Shown: piece by piece, positions 59,916 through 64,000 of the stretch
Layout of the letters: each line of letters starts with the position of its first letter
Numbering within the stretch: the first letter of the stretch is position 1
NCBI GenBank assembly: GCA_036444275.1
Contig: JAZGAD010000048.1
Location: 92 to 64,091 of the forward strand
From: Candidatus Hydrothermarchaeales archaeon
Lineage (GTDB): Archaea > Hydrothermarchaeota > Hydrothermarchaeia > Hydrothermarchaeales > JAZGAD01
Length of the DNA: 64,000 bases
Reading direction: 5' to 3'
Translations under genes and position numbers: made by a program
The notes under the pieces: model-generated
Database searches by the model: none
What the model was told of the DNA's origin: nothing
Seen by the model: the letters and a program-made list of their open reading frames with translations, nothing else

Positions 59916-60149
59916 ATGAAGTTGAAAATCAATTGGGATCATAAGCGCTGCAAGCATTGCTTGGAAAGGATGTGGCTCCGCGGAATATCGGTACAAGACG
60001 TGAGAGAAAGCATTTTGAAAGGAAAGAAGGTGAGACAAAAAGAGACCAAGCTAATAGAAGCCTTCTACAAATATTATAGTGTCGTTTACGATGAAAAAAA
60101 TTTCAAGAAAATAAGGAAAATTTACCCTGTGACTGTAAAGCTATGGTGA
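59916..60149 (+). CDS. DUF4258/BrnT-like putative toxin
   Basis: HCLERMWLRGISVQDVRESILKG, C-terminal PVTV. Confidence 0.7.
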   Translation: MKLKINWDHKRCKHCLERMWLRGISVQDVRESILKGKKVRQKETKLIEAFYKYYSVVYDEKNFKKIRKIYPVTVKLW

Positions 60150-60154
60150 TGTAA

Positions 60155-60502
60155 ATGGAAGAAGTTCTACCCTACAACTGCACCTGCGGCGGTACTTTGA
60201 AGAAATCCCATTGTGAAATAGAGTTCTTTGGGATAGATTTTGGGCTTAAAGAATGCGAAATCTGCACCTCCTGCGGCTCAGAATACCTATCCGAAGAAAC
60301 TATGAAAAAAATTGAGAAAGAGATAAAGGCCAGAAAAATCTTTGGGCTGGAAAGGAATGTAAAAGTCTCAAGATCTGGAAATTCGCTGGTAATACGCATT
60401 CCAAAAGAGATTGCTGAATTCATGAACTTGAAAAAAGACGCACTGCTAAGACTCTTCCCAGTAGAAAGCAAAAGACTTGAGATTGAAGTTCTGACCGACT
60501 GA
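60155..60502 (+). CDS. YgiT-type zinc finger + AbrB/MazE domain antitoxin
   Basis: CTCGG..CEICTSCGSEYL, and KVSRSGNSLVIRIPKEIAE. Confidence 0.8.
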   Translation: MEEVLPYNCTCGGTLKKSHCEIEFFGIDFGLKECEICTSCGSEYLSEETMKKIEKEIKARKIFGLERNVKVSRSGNSLVIRIPKEIAEFMNLKKDALLRLFPVESKRLEIEVLTD

Positions 60503-60600
60503 AATCATGTTGGAGAATCTAACTTCCACTGTCAGTTCCCTCAAGTATCGGCGTGGTCAATACTTCTGCAAGAAGTAAGGAAAATCAGTAGGTTCTATTC

Positions 60601-60632
60601 TTCCTTCAACTATTCAACGTAATTGTTCTATA
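60601..60632 (+). repeat. 32-bp direct repeat copy 2
   Basis: Matches 59764-59795. Confidence 0.9.
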
Positions 60633-60720
60633 ATTGGTGATACCATAAGTCTCATTATGGAAAAATTATACACCAAAAAATAGTTACTTGAGGAGATAAA
60701 TGTAAGATTAGAGGGTTGAG

Positions 60721-61014
60721 ATGAATCATTATGATACAATCCAGATCGGAGATGCACGTGTATACTTTGAATTTGACCTTGAAGGCCCGAGTGGGGGTTG
60801 CTCCCCAATTTCGTCATGGGAGTTGTCGATCTTTAAGGCAACGGACACGGGCGGAGTATTCGAGGGCAGTGCACTATACACTATGGACAACATTGAAACA
60901 CCCCAGGATATAACAAGCGACGTGCACAAGAAGACGGATGCTTTGGACGAGTACAGCATAGTAGTTGAGGAGTGGCCTGTGGATAGGATCAAACTCACAT
61001 TGGCAAGGAGATAA
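60721..61014 (+). CDS. Hypothetical acidic beta-rich protein (possibly a fragment)
   Basis: 97-aa ORF whose frame is supported by the conserved paralog at 56789-57010. Confidence 0.6.
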   Translation: MNHYDTIQIGDARVYFEFDLEGPSGGCSPISSWELSIFKATDTGGVFEGSALYTMDNIETPQDITSDVHKKTDALDEYSIVVEEWPVDRIKLTLARR

Positions 61015-61064
61015 TCATTAATATAAGGAAGTAAGAATCAGCTCAACAATTACTATAAAAGGAG

Positions 61065-61487
61065 GTGAGAAATTTGGTATTCTCAATAGTAGAGGGGATT
61101 ATTGCAGGCATTGTCGCAACGGTTGTAATGACAATACCGATGATGATAATGGCTGCGAAGGGCAAGATGGAGATCAGCCCTCCGAAGATGCTGGCATCGA
61201 AGCTTGGGCTAGAGAAAGCGTGGATGGGAGTTCATTTCCTAGTAGGGATAGTATTCGCAGTGCTCTACGTGGTGATTTCGAATGCATTAGCTCTGGGAAC
61301 GCACCCTATCGTTTATCCAACGATATACGCTGTTGCAGTTCCTTGGCTGATACTGATGGTTGTGATGTTGCCCATGAATAACCTAGGACTATTCGGACTA
61401 CAGAAATCAAAGACTATACCGGTAATGACATTCGCGATGCACGTACTATACGGCCTTGCTATGGGTGCATCCTTGGCATTCCTCTGA
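61065..61487 (+). CDS. 4-TM membrane protein with conserved His (DUF1440/DUF6789-like)
   Basis: GIIAGIVATVVMT, VHFLVG, MHVLYG, with SD AAGGAG before GTG. Confidence 0.75.
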   Translation: MRNLVFSIVEGIIAGIVATVVMTIPMMIMAAKGKMEISPPKMLASKLGLEKAWMGVHFLVGIVFAVLYVVISNALALGTHPIVYPTIYAVAVPWLILMVVMLPMNNLGLFGLQKSKTIPVMTFAMHVLYGLAMGASLAFL

Positions 61488-61499
61488 GAAGCGCAGGAA

Positions 61500-61866
61500 G
61501 ATACCTGACAACCGGACCCGGCGGGGACCCAAACGCAAGCACCCGAGATACAGACCTTCTCTAGAGTTAAGATATGGGCATCTGGTGAAGAAGAAAAAGA
61601 AGAATCGTGTAGTCTCAATCACATACACTCCCGTATTCGGCGATCTTAAGGAAGATGAGATCTCAGCCTCTCGTGCGGAGAGGGGGAACCTGAGCATACA
61701 GATGACCAACGGCAGGATGGCCTGTAAGACCCTATGCCTCTCCAAAACATTCCAAGACCACAAATGGGCGCAGAGCTTCAACGATGCAGTCCATAACTTT
61801 GCCAAGCATCATAAAAACCTCAGGTTGCTCAAACCAGACGGAATAAGTCGGAATACAAAAGTTTAA
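61500..61866 (+). mobile_element. IS1-family transposase C-terminal remnant
   Basis: PRYRPSLELRYGHLVKKKK..RVV...VFG...SRAERGNLSI..NGR..KTLCLSK...HNF.K.H..LR. No N-terminus or terminal repeats seen. Confidence 0.65.
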
Positions 61867-61899
61867 AAGTGGATTACCTTTAGCTGTTACACGAAGGTT

Positions 61900-63630
61900 A
61901 TGGCAAGCGCAGATTTAATTTTACTTCACGCACCAAGTGTCTATGATTTTCGAAAACATTCGATAATGTATGGCCCGGTTAGCGATTTGGTTCCTTCTGA
62001 GCCAATTTTTGAGATGTATCCTGTCGGTTTTACAGCTATTGCAGAGTATTTAAAACGGCATGGTTATTCGGTGCGGATAATTAATCTCGCGGCTTTGATG
62101 CTTAGAGATCAAAGATTTAATGCGGAAAAGAAAATAGAATCTCTTGACCCAAGTATCTTCGGCATTGACCTGCATTGGCTGGTCCATGCTCACGGAAGCA
62201 TTGAAATTGCCAAGATTGTGAAGAAATACCACCCTGATATCCCTGTTGTTTTTGGCGGTTTTTCTGCCACTTATTTTTACAAAGAGTTGATTCAGTATCC
62301 AGAAGTAGATTTTGTGATTAGAGGTGATTCAGCAGAAGAGCCGATGCATCAATTAATAGAATGTGTTATCGCAAAGCGTTTGCCTACGTCAGTTCCAAAT
62401 CTTGTCTGGAAGAATAATGGAGAAGTCCACGAAAACCCCTTCACTTATATACCCACTGATATTAATGACCTTGTCTTAGACAATACGCATATTATTGGAT
62501 CCGTGCTTAAATATCGGGATTTGATGGGGCATCTTCCCTTTGTAGATTGGCTGAATTATCCCATTGTCCCTGTGTTTACCTGTCGAGGTTGCATTCGGAA
62601 TTGTGTTACCTGCGGGGGATCGGCAACTGCCTCTAAAAATTTCTATAATAGAGATGAACCCGCTTTTCGTGACCCAGAGATTTTAGTAGAAGATATGAGA
62701 AAGATCCAGAAGATTATTAAGGGCCCTATCTTTGTTGTGGGGGACATCAGACATGTAGGGAATGACTATGTTGATCGCTTCTTTTCCGCTGCTAAAAAGA
62801 GCGGGATTACCAATCAGGTTATTATTGAATTCTTTACACCCCCTCATGCTGATTTTCTTAAAAGGTTGCGTGATGTTTTCCCCCATTACATTGTGGAAAT
62901 CTCTATAGAATCCCACGATGAGGAAGTGCGGAAAGCCTTTGGAAGAAACTACTCCAATAAAGCCCTAGAAGATAGTATAGCTCATGCTTTGAAGTACAAC
63001 TGCGAGAGATTTGACCTGTATTTCATGACCGGCTTACCCAAACAGACACCCCAGTCTGTTCTGGATTCCATAGAATACTGCAGATATCTTTATAAAAAAT
63101 TTAATGGCGACAAACGAATAATGCCGTTTATCTCGCCCCTTGCACCTTTCTTGGATTGCGGGAGTATGGTTTTCCAAGAACCAGAAAAATATGGCTACCG
63201 CTTATTTTATCAGACATTAGAAGAGCACCGGCAGGCTTTACTCCAGCCAAGCTGGAAGTATATTCTTAACTACGAGACTGAGTGGATGACTAGGGACCAA
63301 ATAGTGAAAAGCACTTACCAGGCTGCCCTAGAGTTAAACCGGCTTAAAGTTGAGTATGGAGTTATAGATAGGAAAGTAGCTGAGCAGACCGAAGCAAGAA
63401 TTTTAAAAGCTATAGAAGTAATGGGGAAGATAGATAGAATTGTAGCTCTTGATCTTGGTGGCAGCGAGCTGCAAGAAAAAATGCAGAAGCTGAGGTCAGA
63501 ATTGGAGACTGCTAGCGTTTCTAGTATTCATGACAAGAGGGAAATGAAATTACCCACCAATTTTTTAAATTTCAGAATATCTGGTTTTATTGCTCTAATC
63601 TTCAATAAGTTATGTCGGCGCTCTCTTTAG
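61900..63630 (+). CDS. B12-binding domain radical SAM protein (TIGR04190-like)
   Basis: LLHAPSVYDFR, FEMYPVGF, GIDLHW..HAHG, VVFGGFSA, and RGCIRNCVTC (CxxxCxxC). Confidence 0.88.
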   Translation: MASADLILLHAPSVYDFRKHSIMYGPVSDLVPSEPIFEMYPVGFTAIAEYLKRHGYSVRIINLAALMLRDQRFNAEKKIESLDPSIFGIDLHWLVHAHGSIEIAKIVKKYHPDIPVVFGGFSATYFYKELIQYPEVDFVIRGDSAEEPMHQLIECVIAKRLPTSVPNLVWKNNGEVHENPFTYIPTDINDLVLDNTHIIGSVLKYRDLMGHLPFVDWLNYPIVPVFTCRGCIRNCVTCGGSATASKNFYNRDEPAFRDPEILVEDMRKIQKIIKGPIFVVGDIRHVGNDYVDRFFSAAKKSGITNQVIIEFFTPPHADFLKRLRDVFPHYIVEISIESHDEEVRKAFGRNYSNKALEDSIAHALKYNCERFDLYFMTGLPKQTPQSVLDSIEYCRYLYKKFNGDKRIMPFISPLAPFLDCGSMVFQEPEKYGYRLFYQTLEEHRQALLQPSWKYILNYETEWMTRDQIVKSTYQAALELNRLKVEYGVIDRKVAEQTEARILKAIEVMGKIDRIVALDLGGSELQEKMQKLRSELETASVSSIHDKREMKLPTNFLNFRISGFIALIFNKLCRRSL

Positions 63631-63904
63631 AAGCCGGCACGGCCTTTAGGTTTTATCGAACTAGATGGTGTGGTCCCGTAACTCGCTGCGATAGTTAATA
63701 GAAAATGCATTCTACTCCAACTTCAGTCAGTGAGCTAAATTATAATATTCAACTTCAACAAGTCACTCAACCCATTTATGCATTGATTTCCATAGTTGTG
63801 AGGGGGCAAGGAATTTTCAAGCAAATAGTTTGAAGCAATAAAGGCGTGCAAGATTATTGGCACATACCCCAAAGCTTAAACGACCCATCCTATCATGACG
63901 GGCG

Positions 63905-64000
63905 CTAAATAGACTTTAATAAGTCGTATTCCTCTAGATTTTCCTCTTGTAGGTTTTTTATCTTTTCCAGAAACATTACCCTAATAACATCCTCGTCCCC
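63905..64000 (-). CDS. 3' end of a gene entering from the right edge
   Basis: Open frame GDEDVIRVMFLEKIKNLQEENLEEYDLLKSI* running from the window end. Confidence 0.35.
   Translation of the reverse strand, partial: GDEDVIRVMFLEKIKNLQEENLEEYDLLKSI

Overview
Archaeal genomic window. The evidence is archaeal-type tRNAs, TATA boxes, GGAGGTGA ribosome-binding sites, an F420-binding FrhB/FpoF domain and UPF0175/PIN toxin-antitoxin pairs. The gene content resembles Ca. Hydrothermarchaeota or related anaerobic Euryarchaeota, but lineage cannot be proven from this window. From left to right: (1) a giant minus-strand multiheme cytochrome c gene (8664 to <1, more than 2888 aa, 37 CxxCH plus 7 long-spacer motifs, with a ~1170-aa heme-free insert) that the ORF track missed, plus an upstream surface protein; (2) an island of TA modules and pseudogenes (10.3-16.5 kb); (3) a complex I-like Fpo/Nuo operon with a NuoI-ferredoxin-FpoF fusion, in which NuoL is replaced by an Mrp-derived cassette; (4) acr3 inserted between long direct repeats, and a TPR-glycosyltransferase; (5) an Mrp operon with four MrpD-like subunits and His-rich membrane accessories; (6) a CHAT/caspase-like protein, an unannotated 39-aa secreted peptide and a wHTH regulator, a candidate archaeal peptide-signalling system; (7) tRNA-Glu, tRNA-Gly, ornithine cyclodeaminase, a NUDIX hydrolase, argB, argJ and hicAB; (8) an HdrA/MvhD-like polyferredoxin, penta- and mono-heme cytochromes, a rubredoxin-like microprotein, another repeat-flanked TA pair, an IS1-like remnant and a B12-binding radical SAM gene. 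All translations and counts were done by hand, and family assignments come from motif recognition, not database searches.
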